Shown here: positions 1-12,400 of the stretch, piece by piece
Position numbering within the stretch: position 1 is the first letter of the stretch
Layout: each line of letters begins with the position of its first letter
NCBI GenBank assembly: GCA_964247055.1
Contig: OZ176053.1
Coordinates: 7,812,001-7,876,000 of the forward strand
Direction: 5' to 3'
DNA: 64,000 bases
Source: Paragordius varius
Taxonomy: Eukaryota > Animalia > Nematomorpha
The notes under the pieces: generated by a model
The model's input: the letters and a program-made list of their open reading frames with translations, nothing else
The model's database searches: none
Told to the model about the DNA's origin: nothing
Position numbers and translations under genes: made by a program

Positions 1-301
1 TCTTTCAACAGTTTTTACTAGGTATGTGTGCCAAAATTGGATTACATTATCTATTTTTGATTAATTTATACATTTACTTTAACCATTTTTTCTCATAATA
101 CTTTTATTAGGGAGTGTTGGTATGAATTTGTTAATCAACTAACAATATTTTTAATTTGTTTTTAAATGCTATCAAATGATTTTAGTTTATTTGTGAAAAC
201 AGTTTATTTTTTATTATAATCTATTTTTAAATTTGGGAAAATTTTTATAAATATAATCCAAAATACTATAATTGGGATTTTTATCACCATGTATGTATTA
301 C

Positions 302-304
<3 letters not shown>

Positions 305-347
<43 letters not shown>
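305..347. repeat. (TA)n microsatellite; similar tracts at ~1496-1520, 9439-9467, 18270-18296, 33294-33317, 41717-41749, 46484-46515, 49782-49820, 55983-56020, 62654-62682
   Basis: Perfect TA runs read directly; many lie next to splice sites. Confidence 0.95.
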
Positions 348-349
<2 letters not shown>

Positions 350-436
350 ATCATTGCTAGCCTATTCATACAATTTTAATTTATTGATATTCATTTATTT
401 ATTCTACGTCTATATTGGAATAATCGATATTATTAG

Positions 437-3400
437 AAGTATAATGGGGATTGATTCCTTAAGAGATTTTATAACTCATTTGGCTGACAAAGAGGAAAAT
501 ATTTTTACAATCAACAATCATCCGACTATTGCAGATCAAGTTGGCAACGATACGGTATTTTATTAATTAGCAAAAAAAACGTTAAAATAAACTTTTTAAG
601 GGGGAATGGTAAACTTTTTTCTAACGCATTATTAACTGATAACCTACATTGAAAATGCTATATTAATAAAAATTGCTTGGGTAAATTTTTTAACTATTTT
701 ATACATGTTGAGTTAGATAATTGACCTTTTTGCTAAAGTCCTTGCACAAATACGTAAAAATTAACATATGTAAGACATTGAAATCAGATTCTTTTACTGA
801 CAGCGTAATTATTTTTTTAAAGCTGGAACCAAAAAACGGTACTGGAACATTGATTTAAACGGTTAAATAAAATCATTTTTATTTTTCTAATTTAACCCAT
901 GTTAGCTTTTCAATCGTTTTTTATGAATTAAAATAATTTTTTATTTCAGATAAAAGTAGAGCTCTATAAAACTTGGAGCTAAATATTTATTTGTATGATG
1001 GATATATAATAAAATATTTGATTTAAAAATAAACGTAACAAATTAAATAATCAATCAAATTTTTTTTGAAATTGAAAATTTTGTCCGCAGCCTTTTATAA
1101 AAATGCGGAACCATAAACAGATGTTTATAACTAAAACCCGAAAATGTTTTGGTTTTAATCCCTTATATTTTTCTATTTGAGAAATGATTCATCGAAAAAT
1201 TAATTTATAATACCTGCATTACCATCATTTAATCATAGTTTGATTTTAAATTGTGTATATCAAAAACAATTAACTATAATTGAATATATTTTTTTACTTT
1301 TAGCATGGATTCCTTATATATCTTCGAGACGTTTTACAAAATGCTAAAAAGCTGAAAATAACTGAAGCGAAATATCCATGTTGGCTAGGATCCACTCTAC
1401 TTAATTTATCATGCGATGATCTGGCACATCTATTAAAAATAACTGTAATTCAAATAATTTACTCATTTTTTTGCGTAAAGTATAAGAATAATAATTATAT
1501 ATATATATATATATATATATAAACCATTTATTATTGGTCCTATGAAATATTATATATTGGTAAAAACATGTGTGATATTTTTGCAGCAAAATGTTTGTTA
1601 TAACGAAATATTACCTATGGAAAAAAAGTTGTTGATTAAAACCTTAACTAAAACAAAATTTTAGATAAATTGTGTTAAAAAACTTTGTTAACCGTAATAT
1701 TTATATCTGACACAATCCTATTATTTTATACAATGTATATTTATGTTATATCATATCAAGGATATTACAATGTCTCAAATGATGTTAGTTTACCGTTGTT
1801 TCCGTAAAAAACTCTACTTTACCATATTGCGAAATAGAATAAACCCGTTTGAAAATGTCGCAAAATTAGGTTGTATTTGAATCTTTATTTTAAACATTGA
1901 ATGAGTGAAAATAAAATGTGGCTTCTTAAAGGCCTAATATTTCATAATAAATCGGTTTTTTATCCATAATTATATCCTTAAGCTATATCATTTTTTTATT
2001 ATAATTGAAAATTGTACAGTCATAATGTTTTAATAATTAGATTAAAGGCGAATATTACTTAGCTTGTATATAGTTAAAAATTTGGTAGGTACTGATGTTG
2101 AAAAGAGTTGGTAATTATATTAATTATAGTATATCTCCTTACCTAATTCGGTATAAAGCATTTTACTAAAATTGACAGAAAAATGCGTGATAAATTGATG
2201 AGCGCTTATTAGTATATTTATACATTTAGCGTCCTGTTTCAACCTACTTAATCGAAAACTTGTCGGGATGATGCGTGAAATGAATGAAATCGGTACCTTT
2301 TACGTTCTTACTTAAATTCAATATAATTAAAGCAAATAACATTTTTTTATTATATAGCAGGGGTGCCCAACACGAGGTCGGAAGCTGAGAAAATGCAAAA
2401 TATGCTTACATAATTAAAATAAGATTAATATTTTTGAAAGAATTTCTTTTTAATTTAATCTATCCAATTGGCAGGAGGTATAAAAAATTGCCTATATTGT
2501 GTTTGTATTTTACAGCCTTTAGTGTTTGAATTTAATAAATTATATATAAAAGCCCATATTTATTCCGAATGCGGCCCGCGAAACCATTTGTTTTGGGCAT
2601 CCCTATTTTAAAGTAACATTTGAATATTTTACTTTATATAATTATAATTGGTTTGTGTATTTAATAAAGATAATTTTATATAGATGATGATATTGATGAT
2701 ACCATTGAAACAATCCTTGAGGTATTTTTGATCTTAACACATCATCCGATTGTGTCAAAAACGTTGGAATTTCCAGATAATTTACTTAAAGAATGTACCT
2801 TAACTCTTCACAAAATCATAAAAACGGTATAATAATTTTTACCTGTATTTAAATACATTATTTGTAAAAACTACATATTAATTTTTTATATGGCCATAGA
2901 TATTGAATGAAAACAGACTATATGACAAAAATGTGCAAAACTCCCCAAAAATACTTAAATGTTTGGAATGTTGTGGACATTTTGCAATAAAAAATTTTGA
3001 TACCAATACTGACCTTATAGAATCTGCTATAAGTTACCTTTATTTGATACTCCACCCAAATGTAACGAATCTACCATCCGACATATCGATGCATTCAAGT
3101 ATTTATACTATAAATTTTATTTTAAATTAAATTTAATTATTTTTTTTATACTATAAACAGAGATTTTTAAATTGGTCGCATGGATGGTAGAAATGTACAC
3201 GACTAGGAAAATTAATCGAAACAGTTGTTGGGAAATGTCTATTTACCGCACATTATATGGTATTATACATCAGGGTTGTCCAAATGGCTTCCGGGCCATA
3301 TTTTTTACTAGAAAAAAAAACGGCGGGACGCATCTCAAAGATATATATGGGCATTTATTAATGCAGTATTAGATTTCAAACATAACCCTGTAAAATTCAA

Positions 3401-6400
3401 AAACAATATGACATTTTCTATCGTTCTTGCCAATTATATAGACTTATTTCGAAATAAGAAATATCCATTTTACCAAAATTTTGTGAGCATGTTTTTGCAA
3501 ATTATGGAGTTTCAAATTTTTCGCATGCCTTGTTTTAGACAACCCCTGTTATACATATTTTGGAATTTTTATTATTTTAATGAATGGATATCAAAAGCAT
3601 ATATAATTTATATTTTTTATAGTGTTATTTAGAGTGTCTTATGTCCATAACTTTGTGCTCTTTCACTTGCCGATAAATATGGAAACTACAGAATCACAAC
3701 CAATAAAGTCAAATGAGAATGCTTTTATAGATACTCTCAAAATTTCACCCTTTTCACCCGAAGCCTTTTTTATGGATTTAGACGTTTTTCGTCGATTTTC
3801 CACCTTAGTTATTATGATGGGTATATTAATTATTTTATACTGTTTCATTATTCCATTAATTTGAGAAACATGATTATAAGTTATAAATCAGGAAGGAGTG
3901 TGCATAGTTAGTCAACAGAGTTGCAGGATGGATATATTAGTATATCCTAATTAGCAACAGAGACTATAAGAAACCAAATTTTGTTGACAGTGTTTACCAC
4001 GTATAGTGTGAGACGCGTTTCGTCCTTGTTGTGGACTCATCAGTCACACATAATGAACACGGGTAAACACTGTCTGTTCAGGAATTGTATATATATATTG
4101 AGTTTTAGAGAATTTTGAACCGAATAGTCTCTGTTGCTAATTAGGATATACTAATATATCCATCCTGCAACTCTGTAGACTAACTATGCACACTCCTTCC
4201 TGATTTATAACTTTATAAGGAGATGGCGCCTTTCCGCCAAAAAATTTTCTAATTTTCTAATTATAAAAAGCTTAATCCTGGCTTAGGGATTATAAGGAGT
4301 CATAATATTTGGTTGAATTTTGGTATAATCGGTTGTCCAATATGGACTCTAAACTCTATAATATTCATTTCCCCGACTCTATTCGGTTCAAAATTCTCTA
4401 AAACTCAATATATATACAATTCCTGAACTGACAGTGTTTACCCGTGTTCATTATGTGTGACTGATGAGTCCACAACAAGGACGGAACGCGTCTCACACTA
4501 TGACACGTGGTAAAAACACTGTCAACAAAATTTGGTTTCTTATAGTCTCTGTTGCTAATTAGGATATACTAATATATCCATCCTGCAACTCTGTAGACTA
4601 ACTATGCACACTCCTTCCTGATTTATAACTTTATAAGGAGATGGCGCCTTTCTGCCAAAAAATTTTCTAATTTTCTAATGATTATAAGTTATTTAAGCTC
4701 TCAATCAATTATTTTAAGGGTCATTATTAAAATATTTAGGTCTAATGAAACCTAGGTGTCTAGTCTTTGGTATAAATTATTAAACTTACCGATTCCAAAA
4801 AGAGCTAAAAGATTTCTCTTAAGTATACCAGCGTAAATCTCGGGCTGCTACGCAACCCGAGGAAGTCCTTCGGACTTCTTGGGAAGGGTCCTCCCTCCAT
4901 TATCATAAAAATGGCATCACCTATCTCCAATCGCCAAAACAAAGACCCGATATCGCAATCGGAGTGTTTAAGCAGACGCCTAATTCAATTAGCTCCAAAA
5001 CAAAGCAATTTTTATATAGTGGTGCAGTTTTCGGCGGGTAGCTCCTTACCCAGGGGCAGGCATAAAAAAGCGTTAGGCAAAATTTTGGCCTTTATATGGG
5101 AAATATCTGGAATCATGGATTCCATATGTTTTTATAAGTTCTTGGAAATATTGCTTCAAAACAAATGTTTTATGGCGGCGCATTTTTTTGGGCGTAAAAC
5201 TTTACTTAGCGACGCATCAAATAACCCCCTATACTAAAATATTTTATTATTTAAGGGGTATATCTTTTAGGTCCCTATTGATCTCACATAGTCTCATAGG
5301 TATTCTAAAATTTGGCTCCAAAGGCATGCTGTATCAATATGGTGGCGCGGTTTTACACGGGTAACTCCCTAACCAGGGGCGAAACAGAAAAACGCTCGAT
5401 TAAAATTTTTGCCTTAACTTGGGTACATGGAATCATGATTGTTCCATATGCTCTCGTGGGATTTTCGAAAAAAAGTCATTCTATGGTGGCGCATTTTTCA
5501 GGGCAAGATTAAGGGGTAATTTAATAAAAACGCTCTGCTTAAATTTTTACCTTTTTACGGGTTTTATTGAACTCATATGGCCTGATAAGTTTTCTAAAAT
5601 TTGCTTCCAAAGTCACGCTGTATCGATATGGTAGCGCAGTTGCAGGCGGGTAGCTCCCTTCCCAGAGGCCAATATATAAAAGACGTTCGTATTTTTGCCA
5701 TTAGAATCATCATTCATTTTATATGTTTTTGTTTTTGGATCAAGACTAAATAATAGTTCAATGATAGCGCATTTTTTAGGGCTTAAAGGACCTAATTAAC
5801 GGCTAATTGTAAAAAACAGCACGACCTAAATTTATGCCTTGTTACGTAATATTATAAGCACCTATAGTACTATGGCCTGATAGTTTTCTGAAATTTAGCC
5901 CCAAAAGCACGCTATTTAGATATGACGGGGAATTTTTAGAGGGTATCTGTTTACCCAATAGCCATTATAAAAAAACGCGCGACTAAAATTTTTGCATTAA
6001 CGGGGAATACCTGAAATCCTCATTGAATTTCCGTATCACACCTTGGGCGAAAAATAGATTCAAAAAAAGTTTTGTGGCTTGATTTTTTTGAAAAAAATGG
6101 CATTTTTCGGGAGGAGCTGGTAAAAAGAGGGCCTAAATTAAAAACGCAAGCCGAATATGTTTGGCGCAATCGATATTTGAAATCGAATAATCCAACACGT
6201 TTTCCGGAAAATTGTCTCAAAAATACGATTTTTGTGGAATTGCTATCAAAAAACCCGTTTTTTGCGGGGTGGGCCCGAGAATTCAAAAAAATCGCGAAGC
6301 TATTGTCGGGGTATTCATTAATTATTTAATTTTTTGACATTTGGATTTTAATGGGTCTACCACTTTTCCGGAAACAGACAAAGCCAACATTTTCCATTTT

Positions 6401-9400
6401 TATAAATATATAGATTATGGAAAAATGGTTTTTTTATTTAAAATTTTATATTTCCATGCCTCCTGAGATAATAGTGAAACTTTGTAGTGTTTTCACATGG
6501 TGGGAATTTGACCGCATTTTTTTGTAAAACCTCGGAACTTATTAAAGTATATTCTAAATATAAATTATTGAATACCAAAATTATTTTATTTTTACTGCTA
6601 GTCAACCATTTTTCCCTGTACCGTAAAAACAAATGTATATTTTCAAACAATATTTCGTTTTTAGGTTGGTCGGATGTCAGCAATTTTCAAGAGATTTGTG
6701 TCATTTTAACATCGGCCATTAATCGATTCATGTCGCACGATGACCATTTAGATGACACACCAAATCACACATTAATGGAAGAAAATAATTCGCCAGGATC
6801 TCCAACGACTCAATTAGAGCGCTCAGATACGCCTATTATTGATACAGGAACTGTCGATAAAGTTGAATTGGTCACATTGGCTATCATAGCTGTGAGAACG
6901 ATAACCCATTTGGTAAAAGCTAATATGTTTGTAGTATGAATCATTCATAGATGATGGATTTTATAATTATATAGTTTATAAAGCACGAAATTAGTCAGTG
7001 AATACTATTGACGAAGGGTTTAACATTTATAATTTCAGTTTATACATATATTTTTCAGTTAATTTTCTATCTAATTTTCGATTATTATTTCACGGATTTA
7101 ACAACTGTTATAAGACAATTAATATTTAGAATGGAGTAATATTTTCCTCAATATCAAATTTTTAATTTATTTAATTTACTAAAATCATTAAAACGTAATG
7201 TAAGCGATTCCTTATCTGGTTTATACTAATTATTTTTATTATCAATATTTTTTTGTTATGTAGATTTTATATACTACGCTTAAGCCGAATCCCGGTGATC
7301 CTCTCTATTGTGAATATCCTGAAACTTGCATCCCAACATGCGATCTTTTTAAACGGATTGATATTAAAAAACGGTACATATTAATAATACGGCCCCAAAC
7401 ACATAAAATTGAACATTGAGTCAAATGTGAGAAACAAATCTAGCTGCACAATTTAAAATACTGATTGTTTATAATAAACTCGATTAAGAAATTTCAGTAG
7501 TTATATAGATTGATTTTGAGGGGAAAACCCAAATTAATTAAGATCTTTTATCTTATATACCATTTTTATAATATAAAAACTAAATTGGTCGTTATTTACT
7601 CAAGAATTGTTAAAAAGATTAGGTTAATGTAAACCATATCGATTAATTTTATAAATTTTGCCTTATAAGGTAAGTTTTTTTAATTCAGGTACAACGCTCA
7701 ATTAGAAAGTTTGTCATTATATTTTGGCCTTGATAATCGCAAAAATGGAAAGTTTTGGTCAGAGGAGATACCCTCGTGGCCTTGGAGATGCAATTTTTAT
7801 CCAACCCACAACATGGGACAAGTATAATATTAATAATAATATGTGTTTTGATTTTAAAAATTTAAAGGAATTAAAAGCTACTATTAAAACTTCGGTTCAA
7901 ATTGGAATTTGAGTTAGGATTTTTAAAAAACTACTGAATGAGACGGTCCTTATTTAAATGTATGCTTCTATCCTAATAAAAATAATATAAATATGCCAAA
8001 ATATTTAAATAAAATTTTGTTTTGAAAAAAAAGTTACATGTCAAACTACCGCGACGCCATTTTTGTTTTTATAAAATTTTTGCAAAATATCGTCTTCATT
8101 TTATTTAAGGGTAAAATTAAAGCTTATTTTTATTTAAATTACATTTAACATTGATAGAAATAGAAAAAGCGGTTAATTTTGTATTATTTTTCAATTTTAC
8201 CATTGCACACATCTCACGTTGACCAAATTTTTGCCTTTCGGTTTTAGCTTAAAATATGTAATATCAAGTATTTTTGAATAAAATTTTTTATATATTCCGG
8301 TTTATTAATGTTATATAAGTAAATTTGCCATGGTTTCGATTCCTTCCATATTTTTTAAAGAATTCAATTTAAAACCGGCTTGGGGTATTTAACTACCCCA
8401 ATTTGAATCGAGGGACTAAAATGAATGTGTTAAATCCAAGTGGAATTGTCGTAAAAATTATGGGTAAATAGATATATTTTACGGATCAAATTCGAAAATA
8501 AATGTATGTTGAATAATTAATTTTAATTGGAACCGTTTTGCAACGGTAAAATGGCATACCATATTTTGCAATTTGTGGATTTATTTTTTGTGGTTATATG
8601 TTAGCATATATGACAAACTCACGAGAAAACTATTTTAAACAATGAAATTATAATAAATATTTTTAGATAATAAATCATCGGCATAGTTTTCTAAAACAAT
8701 GTGAAGAAATAAATTGGACCAAAATTAAAACACGGTTTCGCTTCATATTTGGACAAATTTTAATGAATGATAATTAAGCCGCGCCCCTAACACTACCTTT
8801 TTGGCCCGAATTATTTATTATATTTTTTGATGTACTTACTTGAAGTATGATCTGCTAATGTATCAAACAGCTATTAAACTTTGAGCGGTATTATGGCCCT
8901 TGAAGCAAGGAAAATATTTTTTGGCTGCCTTTTACATTTTTTGGTTGAGTACCGCTGGTCTAAATTAACCAAATAAAAATTTAGATATCGCTTAAACACG
9001 CTTGGCTTGTCATGGGCTCAAAATGTGTCGTTAGATCATCTCTTTCCGAAGCTGATCAACGAAAATTAAATTTATCATCCCCAAATCAGGGAATCGATCA
9101 AGATCCCAATGACACTGTTTTGATCGCATTGGGTAATTAATTATTGACAAAAAATGTTCTGGGGTTTTCAAAAAAGATTAGTACTTATAAGTTTTACTGT
9201 TATTAATGAAAAAATATATATTTATTTTCATATACAATAAAAATAATTATAAGGACAAAATATATAAAGCTTAATAAACTATCATTTTTTCTATATAATT
9301 AATATATTAACAATTGTGAAATATGAAATTATGTGCGCGACCAATTTACATCTCTGTTCTTAGATAGGTAATATTAAAAATATTGAGGTTTTTAAAATAG

Positions 9401-9430
9401 TTAGTCTTTAATTTTTTTCTATAATTTTGA

Positions 9431-9471
<41 letters not shown>

Positions 9472-12400
9472 AGAGGAGAAAGAAACACAATTTTCTCCGT
9501 TATATCATTCAAGTGGATGTGATATGATTTCCATACTTAAACTTATAACTGATTTGTATGCAAATGCTTTTGCATTCCTACAAAAATTATTAGCGCCCAA
9601 CTATAAAACGACATATGGGACACGGAATGAAAATTCATTGATAGCAAATACCACTGATCATAGTTATAAAATGATTGGAGATTTTACTATACCACAAATT
9701 GAGTCGTATACAAATTTTTTGGATAAAACATAATCCATTTAATTGATTTATATTTATACTCATTCTAGAAAAAGTACTGTACGATCTGTCTCACGACAAG
9801 AAAGTTTTATGGTTGACAAGATTATCCCGTATCGTAAATTGTTATTGGAACTCATAAAATCGGTTTTTTTACACACTTTTATTTTAAAATGTAAAAACAT
9901 TATCATTTTTCTATGGTTATTTGTTTGTCTTTCTTTTTACTAGACCATATACATTTCGGATCTCTTTTCCAATCCGGCACAATTTGAATGGGCGCAAGCA
10001 GTGTTTACGCAACTTTATGAAGTTTTCAATGATGAAAGTTCATCACTTTTGGTCGAAAATTCTTCTACTGGTTTACCTTTATCACTTGAACTTTTTTTGG
10101 ATGGTGGCAATAATATTAGTGGTACAACTAGCAAAAACTATACTTCACCAGAAGATAAAAATATTTGTCGTGACGAATATTTGATGTCGTATATTGCATT
10201 CGGTTTATGTAAATCTTTGGCTAGTCTTGGCATGGTATATAATTGTGTTTTGATTCAAGTTTATATATGAGTGTGTTTGTTTTGAGAGATTACGGATTCA
10301 ATAATGTTTTGCATAAAATATTCTTAACTCGTTTCGTCATTAAACGCAAAAAACTGAAAATTTGCAATAGTTATCTCATAATCTCGAATCAGATAGTTGA
10401 GAATACAAACTAGCAAGAAACTGTCTATGACCATTAAAAATGAAGTGTTGTTAACCACATTATAGTTAAGCGTTAATAAAAATTTTTTTCATTAATATCG
10501 TGTTTCATCAATATATGTTTAGTTCTTATTTGTACGTATATAGTCTGCAAAACTTTGTGAATCAACATACGCCATTATTACGAATGTTTTTAAAAGTTCC
10601 AGTATTTTGACCAAAATCCTTGGCTTCAAGATGAGTTTTTATTTGCTTGAATCGAACCCTTATGCGAATGAAAAACTTATACAACTTTTAGCTAATCATG
10701 CATACACCTTGTTGGATTATTTAACACCGTATGAAATTTAATTGTTTTTATGGTATAAAAGAGTTCCTCCATAAATAAACTAAATCTTCCTCGTATATTT
10801 TTTGGTTTAATTATTTGGTTTGAATATAATAATATGTTTAAATATTCTTTATTTCCTTGTATATTTATTATATATATTTTTATATTAACCCTTTATACGT
10901 ATATAATCGTTTCTTTGCAGAAAAACTTTGGTGAGTCATGCATACGTTGATGTTTTAATGAAAACTCTTTTTTACCTTGGAGAAACTTTTCAAAACATTC
11001 CTTTGCCAGAATTAACAACATGCTCCACTCATAGTAAGCTATATTTTTACTACCTTATTAACTCTTAAAGAGTGTTATGCTTAATTTTTTTATTTTTACA
11101 TCATATATTGGCCTTCAGCTTAGAATTTTAAATCCATTTTAAACGTATTATTATAATGAATTTTACTTATTTATAAACAAGAATAGAATTGACATATTTC
11201 TTTTACTTAATGTTTTAGTGCCAATACCATTCCATGATAATAATTGTGATCTATATGTGCGGAAATTGTTGGGACTTCTCGTGAAAAATGGATTTTTCGC
11301 TTTGCCATCATATATTGCCGAATTAAAGAATATAAAGGGAATAGGTAGATTTTCCATTATTGATGTGTCAATATGTTATTGTTATTTTAATATATTAATG
11401 ACTTGTATAGTTTAAATACGATTTTGTTCCATAATTTGGTTTTAAATTAATATGCAAAATAATTAAATAGACGCCACACCCTCTACCTTTATATTATATC
11501 TAAAATTCAACCCTTCTGCCTTTATATAATATCTAAAATTTAACAAATAGTGTTGTATTAATATGCAATTATTGAAAAACAGCGATTTCATTTTTTTTAA
11601 ACCGAAAAGTAATAGTTTACATACGCTTACATTGTTTTTATGTTAAATAATTTATTTTTTATATGTTCCTAAACCAATTCTAAATAGTATTGATTATTTT
11701 AAAAAAACGAATCTATCGAAACAGGTTCATAATAAGAATTATATTTATCTTTTTGATACATATTATCCTAGCCATATAAGTTTAATCACCGTTAACTATC
11801 AATTGCATTTATCAATGATACAATAGGCTGACAAATATGCACATACAATGTTTTTAGATTTAAAGCAAGCGAATTGTAGCTTTGTTGAACATTTCCACCA
11901 AATTGACTTGGACCGAAATAATTGTCGAGTAAACTGTCAACTTTGCAGGCTCTTATTACTTAACATTGTGCCCGAAGGACCTGTTTTGGATTTTATAACC
12001 GCACATTCTTTATCTTCGTAAGTTTTAATTTGTAACAAATATAATTATCAAATTGGGATTTATATAATAGGTCATGTAAAAGAAGTATGAGTAAAAGTTG
12101 CTGTTGATCCAGTTTATAGAGAAAACCTATTAATTGTACGAAACTATTAACTATAGATATCGTTTTAAGACCAACTAATCCTATAAAATTAATTCTAATT
12201 TAATATATCTGTCTATTGCATGAATTTTTTGCCGGATACCTCTAGGTCAATTAAATGAATATTTGATTTAACAACATATTTATTTAGATTTATATCCATC
12301 ACCAGTTGGGCTCATCAATCACATCAAACCCCTTCCATACTATTTATTGAACCAAGAGGACCATTACTTACTTCATACATTAATTTACTAAGCACTTGTA

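Larger units (their letters stand above)
3875..4680. mobile_element. Penelope-like (pLTR)/retrozyme-type remnant: nested inverted and direct duplications carrying both hammerheads; no ORF
   Basis: 3875-3965 is inverted at 4124-4215; 3875-4127 is inverted at ~4377-4630; 4124-4260 is directly repeated at ~4543-4680. Confidence 0.6.

Noticed and set aside
4911-6329. ORFs 4911-5237, 5312-5512, 5419-5634, 6020-6286, 6072-6329 (and 37093-37287)
   Set aside because: They lie in the Helitron-like repeat, are not conserved between the two copies and show no Rep/helicase motifs.
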